Shown one piece after another: positions 25,376 through 38,439 of a stretch of DNA of 64,000 nucleotides (position 1 is the stretch's first letter; each line of letters starts with the position of its first letter). This stretch comes from Squalus acanthias (taxonomy: Eukaryota), in assembly GCA_030390025.1 (NCBI GenBank), contig CM059425.1, forward strand, positions 163,682,001-163,746,000, given 5' to 3'. The position numbers and the translations under genes were made by a program. The notes under the pieces are model-generated. The model worked only from the letters and a program-made list of their open reading frames with translations. It did no database searches and was not told where the DNA came from.

Positions 25376-25650
25376 TGGCTCAGTCAGCACAAGCACTTGG
25401 CCAGAAGCAAATGAATCTAGGTTGACACCTAGTAGTGAGGGAGTGCTGTATAGTCACAGCTGCTATCTGCCTGTTGAAGTATAATTCACTGTCCTGGGCC
25501 CCTCAACCAACATCAAAAATTAATTTCACAGCTGCTTGTGGAACTTTGCTGTGAGCAAAATGATGCCACTTTATACTATATAGCAAGTGCCTTAATTTGT
25601 ATGCAAAATGTTTTGAATCATGGCAAGATGCAATATGGTGTATAAATTGA
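25376..25650 (+). mobile_element. Degraded Deu-domain-like SINE
   Basis: tggctcagt head, gagggagtgctg, ccctcaaccaacatc, gctgcttgtggaactttgctgtg and tail tataaattgaaatt. Confidence 0.5.
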
Positions 25651-26035
25651 AATTCTCTTCCTCTTTCTTCCGTCAAGACAATAAAAATCAGCTCTGCAAA
25701 AGTTACACAATTCCAATTTGTACACCGTAAGCACATGACAAGTCTTACGTGTTGCTTAGAAAGTGGAAAGATATTTAGAACATATTGTCTGATAAATGAA
25801 ATTTTAAGTTGTCACACTTTAGTTTTAAACTCATACAGCTGAAGGAATTTTTAGTGCCATACAGCATAAATTAATTCTAGGAGCACAACAAAACAGCTGA
25901 AAGCAAATGCAGGGATTGCCTGCTGTCGGCTGCAATTGGAAATATAAATGTACTAGCACTAATGAGATGAAATATACTTTTCCATGGGTCTCCTGATCTC
26001 CCATCAGAACAGCTTCCTGTGTTACATCACTTTTT

Positions 26036-27104
26036 TTGTTCGATTATGGGATGTGGGCGTCGCTGGCAAGGCCAGCATTTATTGCCTATCCCTAATTGCC
26101 CTTGAGAAGGTGGTGGTGAGCCGCCTTCTTGATCCGCTGCAGTCCGTGTGGTGAAGGTACTCCCACAGTGCTGTTAGGGAGGGAGTTCCTTCATCGTCGC
26201 TGGGTCAAAATCCTGGAACGGCAATATACTTCTAAGTCAGGATGGTGTGTGACTTGGAGGGGAACTTGGAGGTGGTGGTGTTCCCATGCACCTGTTACCC
26301 TTGTCCTTCTAGGTGGAAGAGGTCGCGGATTTGGGAGGTGCTGCCGAAGAAGCCTTGGCGAGTTGCTGCAGTGCATCTTGTAGACAGGTACACACTGCAG
26401 CCACGGTACAGCTGGTGGTGGAGGGAGTGAATGTTTAAGGTGGTGGATGGGGTGCCAATCAAGTGGGCTGCTTTGTCCTGGATGGTGTTGAGCTTCTTGT
26501 GTTGTTGGAGCTGCACTCATCCAGGCAAGTGGAGAGTGTTCCATCACACTCCTTACTTGTGCCTTGTAGATGGTGGAAAGGCTTTGCAAAAATCAGGTGG
26601 TGAGACACTCGCCAAGGAATACCTAGCCTCTGATCTGCTCTTGTTGCCACAGTATTTATGTGGATGGTCCAGTTAAGTTTCTGGTCAATGGTGACCCCCC
26701 AGGATGTTGATGGTGGTGGACTTGGTGATGGTAATGCCATTGAATGTCATGGGGAGGTGGTTAGAGTCTCGCTTGTTGGGAGATAGTCATTGCCTGGCAC
26801 TTGTGGCACGAATGTTACCTGCCACTTATCAGCCCAAGCCTGAACGTCGTCCAGGTCTTGTTGCATGCGGGCATGGACTGCTTCATTATCTGAGGCAGTT
26901 GTGAATGGCGCTGAACACTGCAGTCATCTGCGAACATCCCCATTTCTGACCTTATGTCATTGATGAAGCAGCTGAAGATGGTTGGGCCTGGGACACTGCC
27001 CTGAGGAACTCCTGCAGTGATGTCCTGGGGTTGTGATGATTGACCTTCAACCACCACAACCATCTTCCTTTGTGCTAGGTATGACTCCAGTCAGTGGAGA
27101 GTTT
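26036..27104 (-). mobile_element. 5'-truncated copy of the 2668-5803 LINE family with complete 3' tail
   Basis: ORF 26815..27063 GVPQGSVPGP...MFADD; collinear with 2668-3657 and extends to the tail gggcaattagggataggcaataaatgctggccttgccagcgacgcccacatccc. Confidence 0.9.
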
Positions 27105-27321
27105 AAGGTTCTGAACCAGTTTAGTGCTAGTGTGTGTGTGTCCGGACACGAAATAGCGTCATGACATGCACAGCAAAGCAGTGGCCAGCTCAACATCAAA
27201 TTCCCTGGGCCGCCTGCAATACGCAATATATAAGGCTATGCTCCCAGACAGAGACCAGAATAGATCAGCAGCATAAACAGAGTTAACCAATGCATGTAGG
27301 TTTCTCTCCTTGGAGCTACAC

Positions 27322-27460
27322 AACAAAACTTGCATTTATATAGCACCTTTGACGTAGTAAAACGTACAAGGCGCTTCACAGGAGCGATTATTAAACAAAA
27401 TATGATAGAGCCACTCAAGGACAGGTGACCAAAAGCTTGGTCAAAGAGGTAGGTTTTAAA
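27322..27460 (-). mobile_element. L2-type 3' end fragment
   Basis: aacttgcatttatatagcacc...aaaagcttggtcaaagaggtagg, shared with 18087, 54598 and 62303. Confidence 0.65.
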
Positions 27461-27912
27461 GAAACCGACACAAAGGAAACAGCTAAGAATTAAAGTACTT
27501 TTTTTAAAAAAACAGTACACATCTGGTCAACCTGATCACTTTACGATACATTTACTGTATAACAGTCACCGACTGTAGCATTAACTTTGGTGTTCACATC
27601 GTAAATAGAGCGCTGGGATCACAGAATTATGAAGAGGGGTTTCTTTGTGTTTTTTTTTTTAAAAACAGATGCTGCTGGAATATAAACACTGCTATAAGAT
27701 AGAGAGTGTCATGCTTTCTAGCCTGTTTGGGGATTCCTCAGCTATTGGAAAGCATTAACAGATAGAAATAAAGTTGCAAGCCATGATTTTGAAAAAGAAA
27801 ATGGAGACATATATGCTTATGCTTTTTTCTTCCATTAGTGTAATACAAACATGGCATCAGTCATCGATAGTTTTCCTTGAGTTTACATACCTTAGTGAAA
27901 ACTTGCTCTTAC

Positions 27913-28076
27913 CTACATATCGTCCACCAGGTTTAATAACTTTGGTACTTCGACTACGGGTTTCCTCCTCTGCTTGAGTCATCCGTTCTCGTGTTATCTG
28001 ATAAGAATCATTCGTTGCACATATTGTAATTTTATCCTGTATGCTTCCAAAGCAGTCCAGTTCTGCAACTCCATTA
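27913..28076 (-). CDS. ELL2: ELL2 coding exon (exon 4), 164 nt, [54 protein letters not shown](G)
   Basis: tgtctccctctag|TAATGGA...TATGTAG|gtaaga, inside ORF 27857..28090. [19 protein letters not shown] fits ELL2 rather than ELL (recalled ATDDSYQKARQSMAQAEEE). Confidence 0.97.
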
Positions 28077-28163
28077 CTAGAGGGAGACAATTAGGATGTT
28101 AAATTAAATATAGAAGCTGTAGTGAACTTCAAGTTCCATCACCTTCATAACATTAACAATTTT

Positions 28164-28571
28164 TTCATTCATGGGCTGCGGGCGTCGCTGGCGAAGCCAG
28201 CATTTATTGCCCATCCCTAATTGCCCTAGAGATGGTGGTGGTGAGCCGCCTTCTTGAACCGCTGCAGTCTGTGTGGTGAAGGTACTCCCACAGTGCTGTT
28301 AGGTTTTGAGCCAACGACGATGAAGGATCGGCGATATATTTCCAAGTCAGGATGGTGTGTGACTTAGAGGGGAACTTGGAGGTGGTGGTGTTCCCATGAG
28401 TCTACTGCCCTCAGCCTAGGCGGTAGAGATCGTGGGTTTGGGAAGTGCTGTCGAAGAAGCCTTGTTGAGTTGCTGCAGTGCATCTAGTAGATGGTACACA
28501 CTGCAGCCATGTTGCACCAGTGGTGGAGGGAGTGAATGTCTAAAAAGGTAGTGGATGGGGTGCCAATCAAG
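28164..28571 (-). mobile_element. 3' fragment of the same LINE family as 26036-27104
   Basis: Direct nucleotide similarity (ggcgtcgctggc...gcatttattgcccatccctaattgccc...gtgccaatcaag). Confidence 0.9.
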
Positions 28572-29969
28572 CTATATCTGAACAAAAGTTACTTGTATTA
28601 AAAATGTTTATGTTGAATTGTATATTTTAAGGCACAAATTACCACTTTATATACCTTTAATACATTTCCCACATTTGTTATAGTTACTCATGAGGTTATT
28701 GTGTGTTCAGAAACATGTTATGCGATAGAATTAGACAGCAACTCTGGCAATATGCTTTCAGCTGCAACAATCCATTCCGGCTGAGGGGCTGAACAATATG
28801 ATTTCACAATCTAGCAGTTTAAAGATTATTATTTTTGCAGTTTTGGTTTAGCCATTAATTTCCTCAATTCTGTATCATCTGTTCATCTTTAAATTATTCA
28901 CTCTTCAGTTCTTCCTCCTTCCCCCCCCCCCCCTCCCCCACCCCCACCCCCACAAAAGTGGACTCATCACATTAGTTGGAGGCCAGTACATTTTCATCAG
29001 TTTGTTGGGATATATTGTTCTCTATTTGCTATGTTACTAACAAAGTCAAAGAGTATAAAATGTGGGAACTTTATATAGTTTATACTCATGCTGATTTTTT
29101 TTTTGCCAACATTAGCAAATGGAAAAAAATAACCCTTAATGCTGTACATCGCAAAACAACACAGCTCAAAAATAAACATTTGGTTTAAGTACCTCTAACC
29201 AACCTTAAAAGGTTATGCATGATGTATTAATACATTAATGGCAGGTCTACCATACACTTCAATATGAAATTCAACTTAAAATGTGATCTTAAAAATAGCT
29301 GCCAGAAACACTAATGCTGTTTTTTCAAGCCAAGCTATTTTTGACTTGTTATATTTCACTTGGGGCTTTTAAGCAATCCTTGCCTTCCAGACCAATACTA
29401 TTTTAGATAATAGTTTAAAGCATCATTTAAAGTGTCAGTGCTTGCCAATTTACATAAGTATTTTCCCAACTTATACCCATTGATTTGTAGCAGAAAAATT
29501 GCAGAAACTGCAGTATTTTAAAATCATAAAATGAAATCATAAAATGAGATTTGATCAGAAATCCTAAAATGAGATTTGATCAGCAAGATGAGATCCAAGT
29601 AACCATCAAAATTCTCAGTTTCTTGAAATCATGGAGTATGATTTTAGCACATAATACTTTAATTCGATTTTGTACAATCGTTGAATGATTTAAGTGACCT
29701 GCCAGACTCCAACAGTTTCTGCAAATTCCTGCAACCCGCCACATTCTACATTCTTTAGATCAAAATACTGTCAAATTAATCTAACGTGACCAGGGTACAA
29801 ACAAATGATGATCTAACATTTAGATTAAACAGGTTGACTTGGCCATTCTTTGATCTAGTTAGTCTGTTGAATAAACAACATGCAATGGGGTGCAATGTAT
29901 ATACTGTAATAGTTAGCCTCCAAATGAGTTTTCTAACTTGAGTACCTAAGTAAAACTGGTTTACAGTAC

Positions 29970-30091
29970 CTGGATATATACTGCTGGACACAATCAAAGC
30001 TTCCCTGAGGGTTATCTTTTCCAACATTGGACACATAAAAGTCAAAATTTCGCGCTTCGTTGCGGGCATCTGTTCTTGGAATCTTTATCAA
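29970..30091 (-). CDS. ELL2: ELL2 coding exon (exon 3), 122 nt, [40 protein letters not shown](S)
   Basis: tttctccaatag|TTGATAAAG...TCCAG|gtactg. Contains the ELL N-terminal motif [14 protein letters not shown] in its ELL2-type form; ends in phase 2, matching the next exon. Confidence 0.96.
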
Positions 30092-30443
30092 CTATTGGAG
30101 AAACAAAAATAAATGCTAGCAATTTTTAAAAAAAAATCAGATTATCCTTGGATAAATTAACATACCTTTTCAGCATAGTACTGAAAGAACAATGCAACTA
30201 AAAGAAAAAAAAGTATCTCTAGCAACATGTTTTCTCACAACCTGAAGGACTGAAAAAAACTCAGCTACCACTACTGGCCGAGTTTAATGTTCTTCTATCA
30301 AGTCGCCATACAGTGCTCCCTGGCAATGGAGTTTCAATTTCAGGAGAAATGGAAATATCAACTTCACTTACAAGATATTTGTTGGCAGATCATACTGTAG
30401 GACCTTAGTAGCATACATTTAATTGGCATATGTCTCTATTTTA

Positions 30444-31180
30444 GGCACGGATTTTGTGGTAATAACGAAACGGTCAGCGTTAGCAGTCAATACTCCTCTG
30501 AAAGTGACAGCAACTTCTGGAGTCAGCGCAAGCACAGATAAATGCAACAATCCAGAAGTTGCGATCAGTCATTCCCTGCTCCTCCACAGGTTGCGGTGGA
30601 ACTCGCTGGAGCCGGCAATCAATTCAATCACACTGAAGGACAAACACTTCCCCCATTACGTTGGAATATCGCTGTTAACCATCCCCCTGAAAAGTTAAGC
30701 CTTGTTGAAAGAGGTGTAACTGGGTTTAACAGTGTATTGACTGTTGAACAACCATTCTGGCCCTGGAAAAACAAATTTGATATTGGTGGAATGTCAATTT
30801 TTCCCATTAATATGATAATTACATGGTTTTTAAAATATTTTTTTTTTATATAAAGGTTGATATTTCAGCTTCTATCTTAATCCTGTGTGGTGTCCCAATC
30901 TTTATTTAGCTCTATAAAATTTATAAAAAATTAAATTATAATCTGTGCATTTTACTTCCTGGTTTGCGGTCTGAGAATTCTTAAATGCGATTGGCTGCTT
31001 AGCCTGCTTGATGACATCACTGTTGCTGGACGCTGGAGATTCGCTTGATTTAATACCAGATTCAAACCAACATCGGGAGAGCTGAAATTCACAGCAGAGA
31101 TCACTAGATCTTTGTGGGTAGCTTTCTTCGAGGTCAGTAGCAAGCATTGTCGCTTCGCCGCTGACTGCAAATTTTGGGCC
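30444..31180. mobile_element. Harbinger-like non-autonomous element (MITE), copy 1
   Basis: Imperfect TIRs GGCACGGATTTTGTGGT and ACTGCAAATTTTGGGCC; internal similarity to 36353-37092. Confidence 0.7.
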
Positions 31181-31339
31181 AATAGTTCCAACAGATTACA
31201 CAAAGTGCAAAGTGAAAGAGAGGTCATAGAAACAGCAGTGCCCATTCATAAGGAAGCATTTATTTGTATTCATTGATCATGTTAAAGCTTTTGATTTGGT
31301 TAGCCAAGTGAAGTAGGAGATGCTATTTGTTTTCCCTGT

Positions 31340-32390
31340 AGAACCATAGAAGTTTACCATGTCAGTGTTGGCTCAGAGCACCAAAACTAATCCCACTGCC
31401 TAACACTGTCCCCATAGCATTATATTCTCTCAGTTTAAAATACGCACCCAATTTTCCCTTAAAATGATGCAATAGTTTCTGACTCAATCATTTCCAATGG
31501 CAAAACCCTTTGCATAAAGAATTTTCTCTTAACCTCTCTTCTTGCTGTTGGTGACAATTTAGGAGTTACGATCGTGTAGTGGTCACCATCTCCCCCATCA
31601 AAAGACCCATTATCTACCATTCCATCTGCTGAGCACCAGTCCATCTCCAAACTCCTTTTCCTCTCAGGGTCTTCGAATGGGAACCTAACAGGAGTAGGCC
31701 ACACAGGGCCTCAAGCCTGTTCCACGATTCTACTGCAACATGGCTGATCTGTACTTCAACTCCATTTACCCATCTTTGTTCCATATCTATCAATCTTAAT
31801 CTTGAAAATTTCAACTGAACCAGCATCTACAGCATTGAGAGTTTTCCAGATTTCCACAACTCTTTGTCTGAAAAAGTACATCCTGATTTCACTCCTAAAT
31901 GGCTTAGCTCCAATTTTAAGAATATGCCTTCTTGTTTAGGATTCCCCCAGCAGAGGAAAGAGTTTCTGTATCTACCCCATTGAATTCCTTTATCTTTTTC
32001 AACACCTTGATTAGATCAACCCTCAAACTTCGAAACGCAAAGGTAAGCAAGCAAAGTTTATGCAACCTGCCCTCATTTTAATCCTTTAAGCCCTGGTATC
32101 ATTTTGGTGAATCTGCACTGTATGCCCTCCAAGGTCAATATATCTTGCCTGAGTTTCAGTGCCCAAAACTGAATGCCATACTCGAGATGGGGTCTGACCA
32201 AGGATTAGTACAATTGAAGAATTACTCCCTCCTCATTGAGATAAAGGTCTACATCGCATCAGTCCTTTTGATTACATTTTGTACTTGTGTACTAGCTTTT
32301 AGTGATGTGTAAATGGACCCTCTGCTCATCCATAGCTCCCACCGTTAACATATTCAGATTTGTATTTCTCAGATCCAAAGCAAATGACAC
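31340..32390 (-). mobile_element. Two degraded CR1 3' fragments
   Basis: RREVKRKFFMQRV in ORF 31459..31704; ggagtaggcc...aagcctgttcc 3' UTR at ~31690; gcccaaaactgaatgccatactcgagatggggtctgacc (reverse of VRPHLEYGIQFWA). Confidence 0.8.
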
Positions 32391-34277
32391 TAGATCTGTG
32401 TTCCCCCCCCCCCCCAACTGAATTGCTAAAATCAGGTTTCTGCATCACGCCAGCATCAAAAGAACACTAACTGAAGTTACAAATGGCATTCTCTGTCATG
32501 TAACCATATACCGATTTGTATAAAGCAACTTTATATAATTATCTAATCTACAAATATTTGGACAAGCTGTAAAATATCTGCAGTAGATATTCCTTGGAAA
32601 CAGATTTTTTAGAACAGCGAGATTTTAATTCTGGATCACTATAATTCAGTTACAGTCCTTGAGTTAATTCTCAATAATGAAAGTGATTTTGTTGTGGAGT
32701 CACATCAAAATGACTAAGTTAGCTCAATACTTGCATTATTTTTCCAGGAACGTGCATTCATGCAGTTCACCTCTGGTGTGCAGAGAATGACATTGAAAAG
32801 ATGATACTTATTATCTATACAATAGAACTATCACTAACACATTGTGTGCATAAAATTGCACGAGTCAATCTAGCTAGGATAATTTGTATGATTTTGGGGC
32901 GAGGTCAAAGAGAAGTGCTGCTCGTGAATTAACTGGAGTTTTAACATGGTCCAAAGCAGTTTAATCAAACGATCTGTCAGAGTCTGAAAACATCTAGGCA
33001 TCCTGCAGCAAGGCCAAATAGCTACTCTAATCTTAAAATAGATCTTTACATTATACAAGGCAAGGCAAAAGTAGTAATCTTGGCTCCTGTGAGTTTACCC
33101 ACCAATGTCACCAACAAGAAAATCTGCTCATCACTCACCCACTACTAGAGTCCTATCACTGGGAATATCACTCGAGGTTTTAGATATCATGCGTAACATT
33201 ATGATGTCAGACATTTTGGCAGCTATCATAGAAGCTGAAGACTTCTATTGACTGCAGGTGATCAAATAGAGTAAACTTTTGTTCTTGCCAATCAAAACAC
33301 TTGCTTTGTTACGCAAACATATTAGTTAGTCCAACTGCAAGTTTGAGTAACAAAGCAAGTATTCCGATTGCAAAGAACAAAAGTTTGATCTATTCGATCA
33401 GCTGCAGTCTAAAACTTTACAACGTCCCTGTGACCTAATGTACCCAAGTGCCCAAAAAGCTGCACTGGCACTAACCACCAATGTTGAATGCCCATCATCA
33501 AAATTAATAAACTAGGACATTTTTCAATATGAAAACTGGTTTAATGATTTTAGGATGTAACCTGTACAAAAAAATATTTAAAAAGGATAGCATCCATGGA
33601 GTTTAAGGGAAATAAATGATGTGCAATATATAGTGACTGACTTGGATTTTCATTTTTGATGAGGCAAGGTTTCCAGAAAGAAATTGAAAAAAAAACTTAA
33701 TGGAAAAATTGTAAAAGAAAAAACAAAATTAGTTATTACAGTTTATTAATGTGAACTTAAAATATTGTATCTTTTTCTTTATAGTTCCAAAAAACTTTAA
33801 ACTTCCATTTTCATTTTTTTTTTATGTTAGTGGAGTCAAAGGTTAGTTAGCTCTCTACCAATATCGAAATTTTACTAACATTCAGAAGCTGGAGAGTGGA
33901 TCTTTGCGCATGCAAGTAGTTTTTCTGGTCAAAGAGTGACAGCCAAAGGCATAACTCAGGTCAGTCAGCCCCATGTTGCTCTCAGAAGGATCTAGTCTTT
34001 AACTGGCACCTGTAGTATTCATAATACGTACTGGGACTGTTTGCAACATGCCTCCTCTTCACCTATAACCTTTCACAGACCCACTGGTCTGTACATCACT
34101 GGCCCTCTATTCAGGGCTGGTATGATAATCATGCTGGGATTAGTGCTGTTATTATTTTCTCCCTTCCATTTAGACAAAGTAAGGGAAAGGGCCCCATAAG
34201 GACCATTGATCCCCCTCTCCCATGGGGATGAGTCGGTCTCCACTCAGTAACTGCTCTCATGACACATGGAAGCAGCT

Positions 34278-34820
34278 CACTAGAGAGAGATTTGGGTGTT
34301 CTTGTACACGAATCACAGCAAGTTAACATGCAGGTACAGGAAGTCTTGCTGCAATTGCACAGGGCTTTGGTGAGACCACACCTGAAGTATTGTACAGTTT
34401 TAGTCTCCTTACCTAAGGAAGGATATACTTGTCTTGGAGGGGGTGCAACAAAGGTTCACTAGATTAATTCCTGGGATGAGGGCTGACCTATGAGGAGAGA
34501 TTGAGTAAAATGGGCCTATATTCTCTGGCGTTTAGAAGAATGAGAGGTGATCTCATTGAAACATACAAAATTCTTAAAGGGCTTGACAGGGTAGATGCTG
34601 AGAGGCCATTTCCCCTGGCTGGAGAGTCTAGAACTAGGGGTCATAGTTTCAGGATAAGGAGTCGGCCATTTAGGACTGAGATGAGAAGAAACTTCTTCAC
34701 TGAGGGGGTTGTGAATCTTTGGAATTCTCTAGCCCAGAGGGGTGTGGATGCTCAGTCACAGAGTATATTCAAGGCGGAGATCGATAGGATGTTGACCACT
34801 AAGGGAATCAAGGGATATTG
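34278..34820 (+). mobile_element. CR1 3' fragment, internally deleted
   Basis: ORFs 34259..34462 and 34501..34821 (RRMRGDLIETYKIL...NLWNSL). Confidence 0.9.
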
Positions 34821-34824
34821 ATAT

Positions 34825-35303
34825 CAACGGAAGCTTGAGGAACAGCACCTCATCTTTCGATTAGGCACTTTGCAGCCTACCCCGGACTCAATACAGAGTT
34901 CAACAATTTCAAATCATAACCACTGCTCCTGTTTTTTTTTGGACAGCAGCTATTGGTAATGATTCTGCTATTGCTGTTTACACCTCTTCTAGACCCATCT
35001 TTTGTTTCTTTACTTCTCCCATTACCATCCCCTTTTGCCTTGAACCATCACCCCTTTTGTCATTTAATCTCTCCTGCCTTCCACCCGATCACAGACCTTC
35101 CCTTTTGTTCTCTCCTCCCCCTGCCTCTGTACTTACTTAAAACCGGTTACATTCCTCACATTTCCAGTTCTGACAAAAGGTCATCAACCTGCAATGTTAA
35201 CTTTGTTTTTCTCCCAATAGATGCTGCCTGACCAACTGAGTATTTCCAGATTTATCTGTTTTTATTTCAGATTTCCAGCATCCACCGTATTTTGTGTTTG
35301 TAT
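34825..35303 (+). mobile_element. Penelope-like element 3' end: GIY-YIG C-terminus plus terminal repeat
   Basis: cggaagcttgaggaacagcacctcatctttcgattaggcactttgcagcct reads RKLEEQHLIFRLGTLQP, then GLNTEFNNF after a frameshift. Followed by a pyrimidine-rich UTR and the same terminal repeat as 19284-19413. Confidence 0.85.
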
Positions 35304-36352
35304 TTGGGAATTAAAGTTAGTTGGATGCAAATATTACTTTTAAAGGGAAATTATATTAGATGCACTGGATCTAGTGACATTTTACCCTTTATTCTCCTCA
35401 TGGTGCGGTGTCTTTCGAATTATGGCATCACGGAAATGTAAAAATATTTTGTGGAGAGTTAGCAATGTGGTAAACTAACTAAACAATAGTTTTTGGCCTT
35501 CATGCATATTGAACCAGAGGCAACTATGTTTGATAAACACTTTCAGACTACCACAATTAACAATGTTCATACCTTGATATAAATGACACAAAATTAAGCA
35601 GGGTGATAATATCTCAAGTGCTCTACAGCAGCTGATAATGATTGGTATCCAGTATCATAATAGCTTAACTTCTACCCACATTATTTTAGCTTCCAAAACG
35701 TCCCCAAATATGAGCATTGATTTCAGATGAAATGTATTAAGGGCCAATTAATTAAATCATTGTCCTGTACATTCTCCCTCTTTTTGGGAGTCACTTTTGC
35801 AAGGGCTGATGATGCACCTGATGCTATCAGATATGCAATTGGAATTCAAGTCATAGCTATGATCCTGTACACCAAAGATGTGAAACAGGTAAAATAATTT
35901 GCAGCAGTTTTGCTCCTTTCAGTACCTAATTTGAGGTTGTGGTTGATGCTGACACGGAGTGTCAAAATCCTATTTATTCTCCCAGTACTGTCATCTCTGC
36001 ACCTCAACACAGAATTTGCTCATTCTCCACCAAAAAAAACCCACATCCTAACTTCTCTGCAGAATAGAAGAAAAATGCTTAAAATGCACATTAGGTCTGT
36101 CAGCATTTGACCAAAAGGAACTTTACCCAAACATTAACCTATATTTTCTCCTTCCATATGCTGAAGCTTCTGCTATGTATTTCCAGCAATTTGTTTTTAT
36201 TGCAAATTAAGTATTTGCCATTTCTCCCTCCACTTATCTTTATAGTACTTGGTGTGCTGGGTCAACGGCAAGACAAGTGATCCATTTGTAAGGATACACT
36301 TCATTTATTTTGAGAGTCGGGGGGGGGACACGACTCAAATTCAAAACACATT

Positions 36353-37092
36353 GGCCCGGATTTTGCGGTAATAACAACGGTGAGGCGAGCAGCGCTCACC
36401 ATTATTACGGGGTAAATCAGACAGCAACGTCTGGCGCCCGCACATGCGCAGTTAAACGCAGAAATCCGGAAGTTGTTGTCAGATACCCTGCCCCTCCACA
36501 GCGCTGCTGCAGCCCTCGCTGATAGACTTGGCATTGAAATGACTGCAACAGCGTGAACTTGCTGTACTTGCCCACTAGTCACACACTTAAAACGGCTGAA
36601 AATGTTAGGACTGGTGCATTCAGGAGTAAGTGAGTTTTTAAAGAGTGATGTGATAATTACTGCTGAACACCTCTGACCCTGAAAAAATAATTTTACAAGT
36701 GTGGAGTCTCATTCCCTCAAGAAAATTGGAGATTTAAAAAAAAAAAATTTTATTTTTTTTTTACATTTTGTGTTTATCACTCTCCTTTAATCCCATCTGT
36801 ATTGCCCAATCTTTATTTCGCTCTCTGTACATCATTTAAATCAAATTTATATTTCCTGCTTCATACTTCCTGGTTTGGACTCTGCATGGTTCAGTGAGGA
36901 TTCTTCAATCTGACTAGTTGAAGAGCCTCACTGTTTCTTCCTCTGCTCAGACGCCACAGATCCCCTGTAGAGGGCACTGTGCTGGAAAAGACAGAGGAAA
37001 TCTACACCAAGAAGCCTGCGGAAACTCTGTAGGCAGCTGTCAGTGAAGTGAACGACAAGCGCCATTACTTCACCGCTGACAACAAAATCCAT
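36353..37092. mobile_element. Harbinger-like non-autonomous element (MITE), copy 2
   Basis: Left end GGCCCGGATTTTGCGGTAATAAC, right end CACCGCTGACAACAAAATCC; shares aatccggaagttg and tacttcctggtttg blocks with 30444-31180. Confidence 0.7.
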
Positions 37093-37422
37093 TACAGTAA
37101 GAATGTATTGACAAGATAGATATGCATGCATTAATGGGAACTTGCTACCCTGCTGTAGCTAGATTTTTTACTAATATGCCATTGTTGACTAATGAAAGCA
37201 GTGCAGCAAATAGGTTAACAATTATGTTTGAAAAAGGTGGTTGTAAAAGATTTATTATTTTAGTTAAAAAACAGCAGGAATGTACAACCCTAAATCCCAC
37301 TATCCTGACAATATGCTATTTTCAAACTAAAAATTATTCAAAATATTACAAAAGAAAAACCTTAAAATGAAGTATTTGAGTACGGAGTAAAACAAAAAAG
37401 TAAACAAGTTCATCCTAATTTA

Positions 37423-37876
37423 GGGGTACAGTACTGTAGTGGTTATATTACTGGACTAATCATCCAGAGGCCTGGACTAATCATCCAGAGAATGGGAATT
37501 CAAATCCTAGCATGGCAGTTTGAGAGTTTGGATCCAGTATAAAATATCTGGAAATAAAAAGCTGGCATCAGTAAAAGTGATCATGAAGTGGTCCGATTGT
37601 CATAAAAACCCAACTGGTTTACGAATACCCTTTTGGGAAGGCAACCTGCTGTCCTTGCCTGGTGTTGCCTACATGTGACTCTAGTCCCACACCAACACGT
37701 TGACTCTTAGCTGTCCTCTGAAGTGGCCTAGCAAGCCACTCAGTTGCATCAAACTGTAGCATTACTTCACCACATGGACTGCAGCCATTGAAGGCGGCAG
37801 CCCAGCACCTTTTCAGGGCAACCAGGGATGGGCAATAAGCGGCGGCCTTTCCAGCGACACTCCGAGAACGAATAAA
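37423..37876 (+). mobile_element. tRNA-headed bipartite SINE matching both ends of the 2668-5803 LINE
   Basis: 37423-~37750 aligns by eye to the reverse complement of ~5500-5803; ~37755-37876 aligns to the LINE 3' tail (cttcaccacatggactgcag...agggatgggcaataa...ccagcgac). Confidence 0.85.
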
Positions 37877-38439
37877 CCTACTTGCATCCTACTAACTTGG
37901 GGTACTTAGAATCTTCAAAGTGGTATTTCCAAAGTAACAAGACCTTGGAAGTATTTTTCACTGCACAGTTGAATTTTCCTGTTCTATTGGACAAGGATTC
38001 AAAACACTCGTCAATGGTCTGCTTTCTATTTAATACTAATGTAAAAATAACCAAGGACAAGTTTCAACATCTAAAGAACATTCCAGGGAAAATCTCCATG
38101 TGGCCTTATGTAATTTAAAACTTAAAACAAATGAAGTCTTGTAGTTCAGCTGTTTTTTTGGAGAGGTAGAAAAAAATGAAACAAAATACATCCAATTCCA
38201 TTCCTTTTCATACTGTTCCTGCAGTTAAAGACTGTTTGACAATTTTCCAACAGTGTGCTTCTTAAAAACTCAAGACAGCTATTTTATTACACAGCCATAT
38301 TTGTTTCCCTTTCCTTTTAAGATAAATGTTCCAGCCCTCCTTGTAGGCATTTCTGGGCCAGCACCCATTCTATGACGCAGAAGCAAGTCACCTATTCACA
38401 AGCTTCTTCAAGCACCACTGTTGAGCTGGCCTTTATGAG

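Noticed and set aside
28997..29179. ORF containing ANVGK, as a duplicate of ELL2 exon 3
   Set aside because: Chance 4-residue match; the true exon is 29970-30091.
29521..29583. Short tandem duplications (aaatcataaaatgagatttgatcag)
   Set aside because: Ordinary local slippage duplication with no sign of function.
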